Positions 13,705 through 26,190 of a DNA stretch of 64,000 nt are shown here, in pieces. The DNA is from Camelus dromedarius (lineage: Eukaryota), in the NCBI RefSeq assembly GCF_036321535.1, contig NC_087436.1, positions 73,038,001 through 73,102,000 of the forward strand, given 5' to 3'. The notes below the pieces were generated by a model that did no database searches, was not told the origin of the DNA, and was given only the letters and a program-made list of their open reading frames with translations. Position 1 is the stretch's first letter. Each line of letters starts with the position of its first letter. The position numbers and the translations under genes were made by a program.

Positions 13705-14200
13705 TCATCTATATTACAAGTGATGGAAACCCTAACCAAGAGTAACTTAATCCCCAGTCATTTGTTGTTTATTTAATAGTAAGTCTGCAGTTAGGCATCC
13801 TAGTCCTGGCTTGGCAAGATCAGCAGTATCATCAAGGAGAAAGGCTCTTTTTCTCTTTCTCTTCCATCATCTCTAGTGGGCTGACTTTCATCCTTGGCTT
13901 CACAAGATGGCTGCCAATGTGCCAGACATCACATCTGCATTAAAGGGAGGAAAGAGGGAGGAAGAGCACACACCAAGAGAATTTTTCTTTCTTACATATT
14001 CTTTTCATAAGGAAGCAAAATTTTTCCAGAAGCCCCTTAGCCTATATCCTATCAATCTCATTTTGTAGAACTGGGGTGCTTTGATACCTCTAGCAGCAAA
14101 GAAGGCTAGGAAGGGAGCATTTAGCTCTTATAGCCTCCGTAGGGAGGCTGGCAAGAGGGGATTGGGAATGGCTATTGGGCTAATCAAGCAACAACGTTTG
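13705..14200 (-). mobile_element. Old MaLR LTR (MLT1J/K-like) interrupting a MIR
   Basis: acaagtgatggaaaccc...cacaagatggctgcc...gaaggctaggaag motifs; MIR halves at ~13650-13700 and ~14215-14320. Confidence 0.5.
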
Positions 14201-14349
14201 CCTTATCTGCCTTACTTGTTTAACCCTCACAATAACTCTATGAATGGAAGGACTTATTATCACAAGTTTATAATTAAGTAATTAAGAGACTTGCCCAAGG
14301 TCATACAGCAAGTAAGTGGTTTGGCTAATACCTTTAACTTTAACAGGCA

Positions 14350-14600
14350 ACTACTTAGCAAGATGGTTAAGAAGACAGGTTGTTGAGATAAACTGCCTTC
14401 TAGAGTTTAAATCTGAGTTGTACTACTTTTAGCTATGTATCCTGGGAAGTTATTTAACCTCTTTCTGCCTTACTTTTCTCACTTGTAAAATGGGGAGAAC
14501 AATAACACTTACCCTTCATTTATTGTGAGGTTAAGATTAAGTGACAGTACTTGTCAAGTACCCAGAATTTGGCTTACAATGAGCATTAGACAAGTGTTAA
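14350..14600 (+). mobile_element. MIR SINE
   Basis: aagttatttaacctctttctgccttacttttctcacttgtaaaatgggga core. Confidence 0.75.
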
Positions 14601-14619
14601 CTAAGAAGCTATGAAGCAA

Positions 14620-15095
14620 ATAGCTTCATTTATAATAAACCTAAACTGGAAATAGCCCCCATGTGCACCATAGGTAAAATGGGTTAATAAATTGTAGTAT
14701 CTTCAAACAATTGAATACTAACCAGCAGTGAAAAATGATGAGGTGTTAACACACAATAACGAGGAGAGTCTCACAGTGAGTGAGAGAATCCAGATGTGAA
14801 AGAGTGCACACCGCCGGACACCGCCGGACTCCATTTATGTGAAGTTCAAAAACAGGCCAAACTAAACTGTAGTGATGAAAGTCAGAATAAGAGTTACCTT
14901 TGGAAGACAATGTCTGTGAGGAGGCATGAAGGAACTTTCTGGGGTGCTCGAAAGGTTCTATATCTTGATCTAAGTGGTGGTTATGCAGGTTTAATCGCAT
15001 GGAAAAATTCATTGATTTGTGCACTAAAGGTATGTGCCTTTTCCTGTGTGTCAGTTATATTTCTATTTTTAAAGTACATAAAAATTTAAAAAAGA
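14620..15095 (+). mobile_element. L1 (L1ME/MC-type) 3' end
   Basis: aaactggaaatagccc...ttccatttat-like...ttctatatcttgatctaagtggtggttatgcagg, ending in an A-rich tail. Confidence 0.75.
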
Positions 15096-18000
15096 AACTT
15101 GGAAGCATATATACTCATGCTGAGTGGCATCTTTGCAGAAAACCCTTAGAAGAAAATGTTGGCAGGAGGAGGAAGGAGGCCCACCGATGTCATGGGTCAT
15201 TCGTCTTCTCTCAGAAGGCCCCCACCGCCCCCTCCCACTTCCCACTCCCAGAGCAAACTTCCCCTGAGTCATCTTCCCAGTCTTGGAGGAGCATTTGCAC
15301 TGGAGTCATCTCTGCCCTCTTTCCTGACCCACTGGGTGACCAGTGGTGGACTTTGGAGGGGAGGCCAACAGGAATACAACATCTGAATTCATTTCATGGG
15401 CATTATCCTGTGAGTAATCGAATTGGCTACGGAGTCACCAGTCAGAACGCCGGGACGCATCAGCCTGGGATGCCTCTGAGAACTGTCCTTCCGAAGGCAG
15501 ATTTCCATGGAGCCGACCACGTACAGAGCTCCAGCTCTGTGGAACAAGGAGTCACGGATGGTGCATGTTCTGAGCTGGAGACAAAGTGCGGGACATAGTG
15601 GACAACAGCATTTAGGCTGAGAAGGCAGTGGCTTCTCACCACACCAGGGCTGCCCCAGCCTTTTGGGCAATTCTAAGCCTCAAAAAGATCCTCTGAGAGA
15701 AACGGTTCAGAGTCAAAGCAGGCCAACATCATGGGTTTTCTTAAGTTCTGGTACTTTCCAGGGCTGTAGGGTATGAGAAATGACTTGATTGTTATTTGGG
15801 CCTGTAGGAGGTAGGGTGGAAGGAAGGGGGTGTGACCTTTGACCAGGCAAGAGATCACTGCATTTTACAACACCCAAACACAGAGGGTTTTTTTCTTTTC
15901 AATCTCATGAGAAATTTTTTTGAAATTTCAGTCAGCAGTTGGGCAAACTGAGCTGAATTGGGCCCCCAGGCCAGAGCATGTGTCGGGGAGGATCACAGCC
16001 TCAGCTCTGGGTCACAGGAAAGGGGGCTGCCTTGGTTTAATGTCAGCCGCTGCAAATCACCCAAGGTGCTACCTGCACTCCCTCCCTCCCCTCTGAGGCC
16101 TGGGGAAGGGGGCTTGCTCCTGAGGAAAGCCTGGGCAACGTGTCCAGGGCAGGCTCCATCCCGGGACTGGGTGGGCCCAGGCTTGGCCTGGCCTGCGCTG
16201 CCCCGGCAGATCCCTGGCCCCCTTAGTCTCCAATCAGCAGAGGCTCCCGGAAGAAGGCTGCGGGCCCTGGATGGAGCACAGGCATCTGGAGCAGCTGCGT
16301 ACTTACACGCTCTGTGGGTGGGCCTTGGCATGTCCCCTTGGCCTGGGCCCCAGCAGTGTTGGGTCTGGGCCCACAGAAGGGAAGTGCAGAGGACCTGACA
16401 CAGTTGTCCAGAAGACCCCCTGTGGGAGATACTAGTCATCGTCTTCTCCCACCCCGCTCCCCACGACCCACGCCCAGGTGCACCTCCAGCCACAAAGCGA
16501 CCAAAGAGAAGGCACCCTCGCTGCCTCCATCGTCTCTCATTGTGTCCACTGCCCGGCCCTGCAAGCCTCCAAGTGGCCCCTTCAGAATCTCAGGTACCTA
16601 CTGGCGTCCTTGCTCAGAACAGCCTCCTCCTGAGGCCGACCACCAAGGCCTGCCCCCAACTTAAAGATAACGAGTTTGGAGGAGCATTTGACTGAAAGAC
16701 AGATGCTGCTCTTGGTTGAAAGAAAAAACAAAAAACGGTGTCTTTTTCCCCCAAGAAGTACCAAAATTCTTCACAAGTGTCCTTCTCTCGCTGGCATTCA
16801 CAGCCCCCACAGGGAGCCTGGTGAGACCATTGGTCTGGATTTCACGGATAGAGAAATTGAGTCAGACACTAGGTCTGTGGGTTCTGATTTGGGGGACAGA
16901 AAACCGAAGGTCTTTTTTTTTCCCCTGGATGAGAATGGTACCCCATTTCCAGCAGCAAAACCCTCAGGAGAAGGTGGCTCTTTGACTTCCAACAAGTGTC
17001 TTCTTAAACACAGTTTGATGGCCTGGAGGCATGCACAGTCTGTCTAGACATATGAGCGCTCTCAAATGCCATCTGGCTGGACCAGACTGATTAGTCATGG
17101 TTTTGCAGATGTTTGATGAACCTGCTGGAGTGTTGGGGGCACTTAGCAGCCCCACCGACGAGAACATGGGGGATTTTTATAAGTATGAGGGTCCCAAACA
17201 GTGGCTTCCCTCAATCTAAAGATTTAGCTTTCATATTAAAATATACGTATCATTTTAGTCAAGTACTTGCTGAAGTTTAGTCCATTCAGTGCAAGGATGG
17301 TAAGGCCCACCCACATTTGGACCAACTGACTGATAATCAGCATAGCGAGAACTGGCAACTCTGGTCTATATCCTGCACACAGAGAGGCAATCCCTGAAGT
17401 TTCCAAAGTGGATACAAGCAACCAAAAATAGCAAAAGTCTCTTTAGAGACCCATCCGAAGTTTCCTATTAGCTAGTGCTTTTTACAGAACTCACAGACAA
17501 AGCAGAAGGAGGATGCATTTCTGCAATCACAGTCCAGAATATGAGCCAGAGAACATTGCTGTTTTTCAAAGGGTAGAAAATTCGTGTCTTTCCTCCATGA
17601 ATGTTGATGGAGCACTTTCTCCACACCAGGCACTAAGACGCAAACAACAAGCTGCAGTCCCTCTCATTAGGGCTCCCAGACAACCATGGAGAGCTCAGTA
17701 GAACATGTGTTACAGACAAAGTCTGTATAAAGTGCGGTGGCCGCACAGAGGAGATGGAGAATCTTCATACAGGAGGTGAGACTCCAGAGTTCTCAGAACT
17801 GGGTGCGGAAAGGGGAGTCAGGGTGGGAAGAACAGCAGACACAGGGGCAGGGAGGCAGACGGGATATTTCAGGAGCATACACTGATTCAGATTGCTTGGA
17901 TCTCAGGGTCAACAGGGGTGGGGTTGGAGACCATAAAAGGTGTTACGGGTTATGCCAAGGAGCTCAGAATTTATCCTGAGACCATTAGGCAGCCCGCAGC

Positions 18001-18169
18001 AGGACTGAAGCGGGAGAAAGGAGTTCACACGGTCACGTAATTTTTTTAAAGTCTTCTCTAGTGGCCCACATTAGAGAATGTATTCAGGAGGATAGAGGAA
18101 AACTAGTGATTTGTTGCCTAGCAAACATGGAGCACAGACTTCAGAAACACCCTTGCATTTCCCGCTACA

Positions 18170-18360
18170 AGACAGTGGAATGGTTATAAGGTTAGCTGGG
18201 AGCCAGATAATTTCAGATTCAAACTTCAGCTGTGCCTTGTACTAGCTAGGTGACCTTAGGGAAGTTACTTAACTTTTCTGATCCTCTGTTTTGTCATCTA
18301 TGAAGCCAAGGTAACAGAGGATGTTAAGATTGAATGAGATGATATGTGTAAAGGGCTTAG
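18170..18360 (+). mobile_element. MIR SINE (followed by an L2 relic on the minus strand to ~18800)
   Basis: tactagctaggtgaccttagggaagttacttaac core; then cattcactcattcat (L2 tail, reverse). Confidence 0.75.
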
Positions 18361-19964
18361 CTCATTCACTCATTCATATATAGAAATATACGTATTTGTG
18401 TTTGAATTCCTACGATGGCTCAGACAATGAGAATACATGGCCAGCAAATGCACTACAGTCCCTGCTTCCTGTGGATATTAGAGTCTAAAGGGGGAGGCAC
18501 ACATTAAACAAAGCTTCCCACAAGCAATTACAGTTACGTGCCAATTTCAGTCCTGTAAAGATAAGACACAAGGTGCTCTGCGTACATCGGGGGTTGGGGC
18601 GGATGTGGAGGGTGGAGATGGGGTTAGATTTAGCAGGAGAATCAGCAAAGGCCCTTAAGCTAACCCTGGAAGGATGAACAAGAGTAACCTAGGCAGACAC
18701 AAGAGGGAGAGCTGTTTAGGCAGAAGGAATAGACTAAATCAAAAGCCTGGTGTGTTTGAGTACCCGGGAGGGAGAAGGCTGAAGAGGCAGACTGGGCTGG
18801 GATCACAAGGAGCCTTCTAGTCCTTGGTGGGTGACAATTCATGGCACTCATTGCCAGTGCTGCAGACCTGTATTCCTGACACCCGGTCCAGCCAGGAGGC
18901 AAGAGCACCTGTGTAGAACACAGACTCTCTACCCTGCAATATCCTGTCACTCCTTTCAACACTCCTTTCAACTCACCTCCCTGTCCCAGCCATCAGTCCC
19001 CAAACCTTTCCTCCTGGCAAGGCAAGAAACCTAGGCTCAAGCCAGACACAGTTTTTTTCACATATCAAATAATAATATACATGGAAATAGATAATTTTCT
19101 ATCCAACCAAGAGTCTGCTTTTCTTCTTAGCAACAATCTGGCAGCTATTTTTTATTGTAAAAGCTTTAACCTGACCAAGCTTCAGGAAAGACTTGCATTT
19201 GTAAACTTACAAGGAGGAATTGCAGATTAAGTTAGCCATCATAGTATGCATCCCCAGATCTCTTATTTGGCCAAGTTGAAGAGATTTCCACCGTTGGGTC
19301 ACTCCATTTCAGGCCAGTGAGCCTATCACTGCCAGGGCAGTGACACTGTATCTGTCAGAGTCACTCAGTTTTGGAACAAGGCTCATTCACCTGTAATTTA
19401 GAGGTTAATGGGTTCAATTTCTTCATTCTACTTATGCTGCCATTTTCTCAAGGAAATATTAGAACTAAGGCTTTTCTTCAGGGGAAAGCCCCTCTACTTT
19501 GGTTGGGAAGGTTTATGGGCACTACGTTATTCTAACTTCTTCAGCGGCCCAGTCTCACGTGGGCTCCTCCTTGCTTACTCTGTAATGGTGGTTGCTAAAG
19601 TACATGCTACCAGCCTTTTCCAGGCCAGGAACCATGCGGTGTGGGTCAGAGGGTGGGAGTTCTAGCTGGGACTCTGTCCCTACACTATTCTTTCCAGGCA
19701 ACACTGCCCAACTTCCCCTCTTAGATGCGCCAATTAAATTACATCGTGTCCCCTCCCTGTGCCTGTTCCCTTATTTGTCAAATGAGGGGCTGTAATCATG
19801 TATCACTTGGACTCTTTCTAGCTCTAAAAATTTTTTTGAAATCCTGAGATAAATCCTCAATCCTGATACAACCCTGTTTGACTTAGTTTGGTTTTCCTGT
19901 GGCACACAAGTCCTACATGTGAGAAAGCATAGTGATATTTCCTCAGACTATCTCGGTGACTCTT

Positions 19965-20322
19965 AATATTGAAGCCCCCACCCCTACAATGTGATGGCAT
20001 TTGCAGATGGAACTTTGAGGAAGTAATTAGGGTTAGATGAGGTCATGAGGTTGGGGCCTTATGGATGGAATTAGCATCCTTATAAGAAGAGATTTAAGAG
20101 AGCTTCCCCCTTTCCCACCTCCACAAGCATGTACCAATGAAAGGCCATGCAAGGACACAGGTAGAGGGTTGCCACCTATAAGCCAGCAACAGAGATCTCA
20201 CCAGAACCTGAATTCACCCCCACCTTGATGGGACTTCCCAGCCTCCAAACTGTGAGAAGTAAATTTCTGTCGTTAAAGTCACTCGGTCTATGGTGTTTGG
20301 TTCTGGCAGCCTGAGCTGACAG
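19965..20322 (+). mobile_element. MaLR solo LTR (MLT1A/B-like)
   Basis: caatgtgatggcatttg...gtaattagggttagatgaggtcatgagg...ccttataagaagaga...aactgtgagaagtaaatttctgt. Confidence 0.85.
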
Positions 20323-20630
20323 CAGGCATTCTCTAGGGTAGTCACAGTATCTTCATGCTGAAAGAAGACCCACCCTCCTGCACTCAGAGCAATTTGGAAT
20401 GCAACAACAAATAAGGCAAAGAAGAGGCTTTTAATGCCTTGTTCAAGTGAAGATAATCAGTGTTGTCCCCCAATTCCGTGCACTGTTGTTTTGTTAGGAG
20501 TCAGAATTACCTGAACTAGACTGTAATGTACTTTAAATAACTAAGGAGGTAGCCATGGAAAATGAACGACCTCCTCAGTCCTCTTTGGAAGCAGGAAAGG
20601 TAGGAGTTATAAAAGTATATTAGTCAGAGT

Positions 20631-21142
20631 TGGGATAAAGAAGTTGTGGTATATGATGGATTATTACTCAACCATAAAAAAGAATGAAATTTGCAGCAAC
20701 ACGGATGGACCTGGAGATTATCATACCATATAAATGAAGTAAGCCAGACAGAGAAAGAAAACTTCCATATGATATGGCATCAATTATATGTGGAATCATT
20801 AAAAAAAAAAACCACAAATGAACTTATTTACAAAACAGAAAAAGACTCACAGACATAGAAAACAAACTTATGGTTACTGAGGAGGAAGGGAGTGGGAAGG
20901 GATAAATTGGGAGTCTGAGATTTGTAGATACTAAATACTACATATAAAATAGAAAAACAATAAGTTTCCACTGTATAACACAGGGAACTATATTTAATAT
21001 CTTGTAGTAACCTATAATCAAAAAGAATATGGAAAGAAATATATGTAGGTATATGTATGACTGAAATATTATACTGTACACCAGAAATTGACACAACATT
21101 GTAAACTGACTATACTTCCATTTTGAAAAATGAGAAAAAAAA
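20631..21142 (+). mobile_element. 5'-truncated L1 3' end (cetartiodactyl type) with decayed TSD
   Basis: ggataaagaagttgtggtat...atggacctggagattatcata...cagggaactatatttaatatcttgta...poly(A). TSD aaaagtatattagtcagagt (20611-20630) vs aaaggtgtattaatcagagt (21143-21162), 17/20 identical. Confidence 0.9.
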
Positions 21143-22849
21143 AAAGGTGTATTAATCAGAGTAAAACAAGAACATGAACTTCTCCAGCAACAAAACCAAT
21201 TCCTGGAGCATGTCATTTTCAGCACTATAGTGATTTCCATAATACAGCTTTTAGCTCCACTGGAAATGACAATACACGTGTCACCCTGAACATCATATAC
21301 TTTAATGACACCTTGTGTGTTCTCATCCTTTCAGAACCAACTCAAATGTCATCTCTTCTGTGACTTTTCTAAATGTCATTTGAAAATAACTTTTGTGTAT
21401 TTTTGCATTCCATGGTCTCCATACAGAATATTCATCTTTCCTTGGGGCTCCCGTTCCAATTTGCATTTACTTCCACAAGGCACTTATCACATCATATTAC
21501 AGGAAGTTGGATGTCCTGTCTGTCCTGCTAGATAGTGAACTCTCCAAGAGCAAGGCCATGGCCATAGAAACTACTCAATGAAAGCTTGAATGAATGAATG
21601 AATGAATGAAGTCCTGCTCCTTTGCATATGACTCATTCCCCATTCATCCCAAGCTTCCAAAGACTGATTCAGCTACCAGACTGAGGCTCTCTCTACCTCC
21701 ATCTGCCCATATATTATATGATACTATGAACAGTAGTTAAACATTGTCATTTTTCCCCCTTTGGCCTCAGAATCTTTAATGAGTCATGGGAGCTACAAGG
21801 ATGCAGAGCCAGTAAGCTCTAAGATCGTATGTGAAGATTCAGTGTTTTAATAATATTTGTCCCAGCTGTTATTTTGTCCATATTTCAAAGATCCCTTGGT
21901 CTGTATTCATCCTGAAATTATTGACACTTCACAGCTGCCCAAAGTCCACCATAGAAACATGGACTATTATGTGGTTTAATTTGGGAGGTCTGCCCCTCTG
22001 TTTACTAGGAGAGAATCCCTCCTGTGGTTTACAGTCTTCACCAACTCCTTTTAAATAAAATAAAGCCAGTAGTTTTGATAACAATCCAAGTGTTAGATTC
22101 AGTTTCATATTGAGAAAACTGTATTTTCAGGTTAGACTCTGTAGCACAGTTTCCCATCAGCTACTGAATCTGTTGTGCAGATGAATGAAGAAGTGAGCAG
22201 ATTTAATCTCAAGTGCCTGAATTTCTTTGCATGTCTCTGCTTTCCCTTCTTCTGTGCTAAAATCTAGCCTATGTTTTATTCCTTGTGAATATAGATCACG
22301 TTTGGCTGTTACCTATATGCTACCCCCTAGAAAATTTCCCCAGAGTTTGGAGGGTTAAATAGTTGAAGACCTAACAACGCGTCAGGCACATGTACATGGA
22401 CATGTAGAAGGACAGAGGTTGACATTTTAAGCAAGATTCCTGCCCCCAGACAACACCAGATAGGCAGCCCTCCTTGAGGCAGCTCTGATGGATGTGGCCA
22501 TACTAAGCGATATGATATGTAAAAGGGAGTAGAGAAATACTGGGTATTTTTTTTAATAAAATTCTTAAGTTAATTCATTTTTCCACCCTCCTTTCTTATC
22601 TCCCTCCTTTTCTCCCTCTTTCCTTCCTTCCTTCTTTCCACAAGTACTTTTTGAGCAATTACAATGACCTAAGCACTGTCCTAGACTTGGAGGAAACAGC
22701 AATGAATACGACCAGGTCCCTGCACCCGCATGGAGCTTATACTCTGGGAGAAGAGAGATAATAAGCAAATAAAGAATATGTAGTTTCAGGAAGAAATTGC
22801 TTTACTTTATTTATTTTATGAAAAACGGAAGTGAAAAAAAAGAGAAAAG

Positions 22850-23437
22850 CCTATGATGGTTCCACAAAAAAATTAAACAGAATTACTGTAGGAGCCAACA
22901 ATTCCACTGTTAGATATGTACCCCGAAAGAATTGAAACCATGGTCTCAAACAGGTATTTGTACACTCGTATTCAGAACTGCACAATAGCCAAAAGAGGGA
23001 AGCAACCCTAGTGCCCATCAATGGATGGATAAAGAAAATGTGGTGCATGCATGTAACAGAGTATCATTCAGCTTTAAAAAGGAGGGAAATTCTGACATGT
23101 GCTGTAATATGGATGAAACTTGAATATATTGTACTAATAAGTGAAATAAGGCAGTCACAAAAGGACAAATATTGTATGATTCTACTTACGTGAGGTACCC
23201 AAAGCAGTCAAATTCATGGAGATAGAAAGTAGAATAGTGGTTTCCAGGGGCTGGAGAGAGGAATGGAAGGGAAGAATAGAGAGTTATTGTTTAATGGATA
23301 CAGAGTTTCAGTTTGAGGAGATGAAAAAGTTCTGAAAATGGATGGTGTTGATGGTTGAAAAATAATGAGAATGTACTTAAATGCCAAGGAACTGTACACT
23401 TTAAATGGTTAAAATGTTATATATATAGCATTTATAA

Positions 23438-23484
<47 letters not shown>

Positions 23485-23500
23485 TTTTTTAATTTTTAAA
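22850..23500 (+). mobile_element. L1 (L1MB-type) ORF2 end/3' UTR nested in an L2 relic, with (TA)n at ~23444-23481
   Basis: aaattaaacagaattac...caattccactg...atggatggataaagaaaatgtgg...aaggacaaatattgtatgattc; L2 minus-strand sequence on both sides (~22620-22790 and ~23520-24060). Confidence 0.85.
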
Positions 23501-24462
23501 AATAAGCAAGGGGTTGGAGTAAGAATGATTTTAGTTAGGACTGTCTAGGAAGTCTCAGAGGAGGTGACATTTGAGTAGAGACCAACGGAAATGAGGAGAA
23601 CATGGGATGATGACATAGGGGAGGAGTTTTAGATTTTATTCTAAGTACAATCTTTGGAGAGTTTTGATTGCTTAATCTGATTTACCAATTTAAAATATCA
23701 TACTGGCTGCTATGTGAAAAGTAGACTGAAAGGGAGGAAACCTGGGTGCTAGAAGACCAACTAAGAGCCTGTGGCATTGTCCAGGCGAGTGACTGGTGGC
23801 TCAGGTGATGCTGAGATAATAAGGGAGGTGGTGAGGAGGGATTGGATTTGGATATATTTTCACGGTAGAGTCATCATGATTTGCTGATGGGAGTTGGGGT
23901 GGGGAAGTGGTGAGGGAAAGAGACGCATTAAGGATGATGTCTGGATTTTGAACTCAGTAGCCAATGGAAAGGAAGTGCCATCCACTGAGATAGAAATGAG
24001 TAGGAGGAAAGCCCGTTGAGGAATGGGAAGAGATATGGGGAGGCATCAAGAGTTCCCTGAAGAGTGAAATCATAAATTTAGTGTCCAGGAGACCGCTAGT
24101 ACTTAGAAGCCATTTATTAAATACTTGAATGAATGAATGAATGAATGGAACTGAATGGGCAAATGGAGGTAGGGAGGAAAGAAGAAAGGAAACTCAGAAA
24201 GGAAACTCTAAGTCTTACAAAACATGAAAGAGAATATTTGCTAAAATGGCATGATGGTAAAGACCCTTGGCTAGAATTTGGGAGAACTAGGTTCTAGTCT
24301 AAGAAAATATTTCCAAACTTCAGATTCCTTCCTCCCCTAGGCTTTTATTCTGTTACCTCCCTCTTTTTTCCCCAACAGGAAATGTGCTCACACTTTTATT
24401 CACCCCATTGGGGCAAACCCATTACCCTTTGCATCCCTGTGCGTAGTTGCAGGGCTCAAAAC

Positions 24463-24558
24463 CCGGAAGCAAGGAACACCCAATCAGTGAGTCCCTCTGA
24501 CAGGGACCAATCAATCAGTGAACTTTTCTGACAGGACCAGCCAATCAGTGAGGTCCTC
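24463..24558 (+). promoter_or_regulatory. Candidate regulatory array: ETS site plus three ~30-bp units carrying CCAATCA and TGACAG
   Basis: CCGGAAG at 24463-24469; CCAAT at 24480, 24507 and 24541; CAATCAGTGA occurs three times; TCTGACAGG twice. Function is inferred only. Confidence 0.4.
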
Positions 24559-24977
24559 CAGCTTTGGGCTCACCAACCACGCCTTCCCCATGCTCAGCAC
24601 ACAGGCTGGGCATCCCCAGTCATTGTGGAGCAGACCCTAGAGCAATCCAGAGAAATTCTCATCAAGTCAGTTCTGCAGAGTGTCTCAGTTTTTAAGAGCA
24701 CAGATTTAAGTAAGCAGGAGAGAAGATTAGTTCACGCCATGTAATGGCTGAATTTGCGTTGACTGACCCATAACTGCTCCTGCTGAGACTTCACTCTGGT
24801 TCCTACCCATAGTCACAAAGGGAGAAGAGAGCAATTGGGGGTGGGGGGAGTTTCAAAATCACCTTCACAATTGCAGAGGCACGGTGTAAAATGAAAAAAA
24901 CCTGTGGAACTGCTATAAAACAGCCTTGCCGTGCAGGTTTTCAAACATTGACCACGTTTGTACTGGCTCTTCCACAG

Positions 24978-25679
24978 GATTGACGGTACAGAGCGTGTCT
25001 GCATCTGCCCTCTCACCTGTTTCTCTTCCTGCAAGCATCACTCCACTGACAACAGTCTGGACCAGCTCTCCACAAAGTCCTCCTGCGTCCCCAGCCAGTG
25101 ACACGCTCAGCAACTCAGCCCTCCCGGTTACAGCATCAGCCCAGACATCTCCACCCACCAAGAACGTTTCCATAGAGCCCAGAGAAGAGGAGCCAACCAG
25201 TCCAGCCTCCAGTTGGGAAGGCACAAACACAGACCCCTCACCAACAAGCGGTGGAGCCCACTCAACCCCGACGCCTGAGGAACACAGCTCGGACTTTCCT
25301 GAGGCCAGGGTGCCAGCTACAGGGTCACAGCCCCCCACTGAGTCTCCCGCACTCACCTCCCCTCAAGCACCAGCCTCATCACCCTCACCCCCATCAACCT
25401 CACTGCCAGAGGTTCCTTCTGCGTCCGTCAGCACCAATCAGACCTCGACTGAGACCAGCACCAAGTTCATCGGAGCCCCAACCACCCCAGAGTCCCCAGC
25501 GGAGGAGCACAGCTCTAGCCACACACCTACTTCACATGCCTCAGCTGAACTGGTGCTCACGGAGACGACACCCCAAGCAACTGTGCCAGCCAAAGTGACC
25601 TGTGTGCTGATAGACATCGAGACCACCACCGCCTCCCCCAGGGTGATCATGCAGGAAGTGGAGCATGCGCTAAGCTCAG
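24978..25679 (+). CDS. PARM1: PARM1 coding exon 2: end of signal peptide plus Ser/Thr/Pro-rich mucin-like ectodomain (702 nt, phase 1 to phase 1)
   Basis: Acceptor ctcttccacAG|GA at 24977/24978; donor TCAG|GTgagt at 25679/25680. Open frame [18 protein letters not shown]...[28 protein letters not shown]...[28 protein letters not shown](G) matches the recalled human PARM1 ectodomain ([24 protein letters not shown]). Confidence 0.97.
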
Positions 25680-25959
25680 GTGAGTCTGTGTCTAGAACAT
25701 CGGTATCCTTGACGCCACTAAGATGCTATGAGTACCGTTCAGTTAACCAAACACAATGGGTTAGATTTGAATTTTGGAGTGCAACACCTGTGCTGAATTA
25801 TAATGCACAAGAATGTCCAAGAGAGCAAATTTCACAAATTTTCAGTCTCTTAATAATTTCCCCAAGATAATTAATTAATTGCAGCCAGTCTTTACGGTTT
25901 GTCTTTGCGTAGGTCACAGGGAGTGTAAATGAATGAAGCTGAGTAAGCGAAGGGATGAA

Positions 25960-26190
25960 CAGCACGGCTCTGGGTTGAGCTTCCTAGGTTTCAACTCTGG
26001 CTCCTGACTTTGGGCAAATTACTTCATCCCTGTGTACCCTTATTTTTTCCTCATCTGTAAAATGAGCATAAAATAGGCTCTATTGTACATGGTTCTTGTG
26101 GGGATTAAATGAAATGACATATAAAGTGCTAATAACAGTCCCTGGCAGGGAGTGAGTACTCAGGAAATGTCAGTTGTTATTATGACTTTG
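25960..26190 (+). mobile_element. MIR SINE
   Basis: gactttgggcaaattactt...cctcatctgtaaaatgag...gattaaatgaaatga. Confidence 0.8.

Larger units (their letters stand above)
1..24977 (+). other. PARM1: 3' portion of PARM1 intron 1 (exon 1 outside the window)
   Basis: Exon 2 begins in phase 1 inside the signal peptide. I found no ATG-bearing signal-peptide exon and no promoter-type CpG island upstream within the window. Confidence 0.8.

Noticed and set aside
14999..15598. 199-aa ORF
   Set aside because: Begins inside an L1 3' relic and has no recognisable domain or exon structure; consistent with chance.
15958..16664. Cluster of overlapping ORFs in a GC-rich stretch
   Set aside because: High GC lowers stop frequency in all frames; CpG density is modest and the translations resemble nothing I recognise.
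17549..17716. Androgen response elements (AGAACA half-sites at ~17550 and ~17700)
   Set aside because: The second half-sites are at 4-nt and 2-nt spacing rather than the required 3 nt; not supportable without ChIP data.
24913..25650. Antisense and shifted-frame ORFs over exon 2 (147, 115 and 70 aa)
   Set aside because: Shadows of a C-rich, stop-poor coding exon; no independent start, splice or homology support.
24926..25870. 314-aa ORF taken as a complete single-exon gene or an intron-retention isoform
   Set aside because: It starts at TTG, not ATG, and only 24978-25679 is PARM1 exon 2. The 63-codon run into intron 2 follows a consensus donor (CAG|GTGAGT), has no recognisable homology and no nearby AATAAA.
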